A stretch of DNA of 14,140 bases from an uncultured archaeon (GTDB lineage: Archaea; Iainarchaeota; Iainarchaeia; Iainarchaeales; 0-14-0-20-30-16). The notes beneath the pieces were generated by a model. That model saw only the letters and a list, made by a program, of their open reading frames with translations. It searched no databases and had not been told where the DNA came from. Position 1 is the stretch's first letter. Each line of letters starts with the position of its first letter. Where the stretch lies: NCBI GenBank assembly GCA_964595665.1, contig CAZQQS010000014.1, positions 1-14,140 on the forward strand. Direction: 5' to 3'. Position numbers and translations under genes: made by a program. Shown one piece after another: positions 13,815 through 14,140 of the stretch.

Positions 13815-14140
13815 AATAACGCCTTCTTTTTTAAATTGTATACTTTGTATCCAGCATATCCTAACAATAATAAAATCATAGTTATTATTCCAGGAATTAA
13901 ACCATTACCTAAGGTAAATAGTCCTGTAGGTGTTGTTAATTGATTAGTGTTAAGATCAATATTATTGTTATCTGTAATAATCTCATTTACTATTTTTTCT
14001 CGTTCTTCAAAAATAAAACAGGGTTTTTCTAATAAATCTATAGTTTGGTTTTCACAAGAATTAATTATTTCATAAGTTCTTGTTTGTTTATTATCTATAC
14101 ATTCAGACCAATCAGAATATTCTATTTTTGGAATACATTC
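13811..14140 (-). CDS. Partial CDS (3' end only; not in the supplied ORF track): Cys-motif surface protein with C-terminal TM anchor
   Basis: My manual reverse-complement translation is open from the window edge for 109 codons to TGA 13811-13813: ECIPKIEYSDWSECIDNKQTRTYEIINSCENQTIDLLEKPC...TPTGLFTLGNGLIPGIITMILLLLGYAGYKVYNLKKKALL*. The track missed it because the start codon lies beyond the window. Confidence 0.6.
   Translation of the reverse strand, partial: ECIPKIEYSDWSECIDNKQTRTYEIINSCENQTIDLLEKPCFIFEEREKIVNEIITDNNNIDLNTNQLTTPTGLFTLGNGLIPGIITMILLLLGYAGYKVYNLKKKALL

Noticed and set aside
1-14140. CRISPR arrays, transposases/integrases, prophage or defence-island signatures, and recoded stop codons.
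   Set aside because: No regularly spaced direct repeats are visible. No ORF carries DDE, tyrosine- or serine-recombinase motifs, even next to the tRNA, a common integration site. All three stop codons terminate well-supported genes, so the standard code applies.

Overview
AT-rich (by eye well under 35% GC) archaeal window, standard genetic code (TGA, TAA and TAG all end genes). The gene content suggests a small, DPANN-like genome, but that lineage call is inference. The left half carries translation and RNA housekeeping genes: the 3' end of a solute-binding protein gene, an archaeal/eukaryotic-type tyrosyl-tRNA synthetase, and a minus-strand tRNA(CAT) split by a 123-nt intron with a readable bulge-helix-bulge motif. 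Next come a divergent RNA 3'-phosphate cyclase (RtcA/Rcl1-family) gene and a tightly coupled trio: a degenerate geranylgeranyl-reductase-like protein, a UPF0104/MprF-TM flippase-like membrane protein, and a MiaB/MtaB-family radical-SAM methylthiotransferase. The right half (6.4-12.0 kb) is the most unusual part. It holds four translationally coupled genes for signal-peptide-bearing surface proteins with no recognisable enzymatic motifs. P1 is a 323-aa secreted protein. P2 and P3 are membrane-anchored beta-sandwich, FN3-like and Cys-rich proteins. P4 is an ~880-aa protein with two LamG (concanavalin-like lectin) domains, and its C-terminal ~270 aa are a paralogue of P1. That lectin head on a copy of the small secreted subunit recalls the major-subunit/tip-adhesin logic of donor-strand pili, so I flag it as a candidate undescribed archaeal surface filament or adhesion module (hypothesis only). 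A full-length HerA ATPase follows with no NurA, Mre11 or Rad50 neighbour. It abuts, with zero intergenic bases, a convergent minus-strand pair: an 83-aa two-TM protein and a partial Cys-motif surface protein that is absent from the ORF track. I saw no CRISPR array, transposase, integrase or rRNA.
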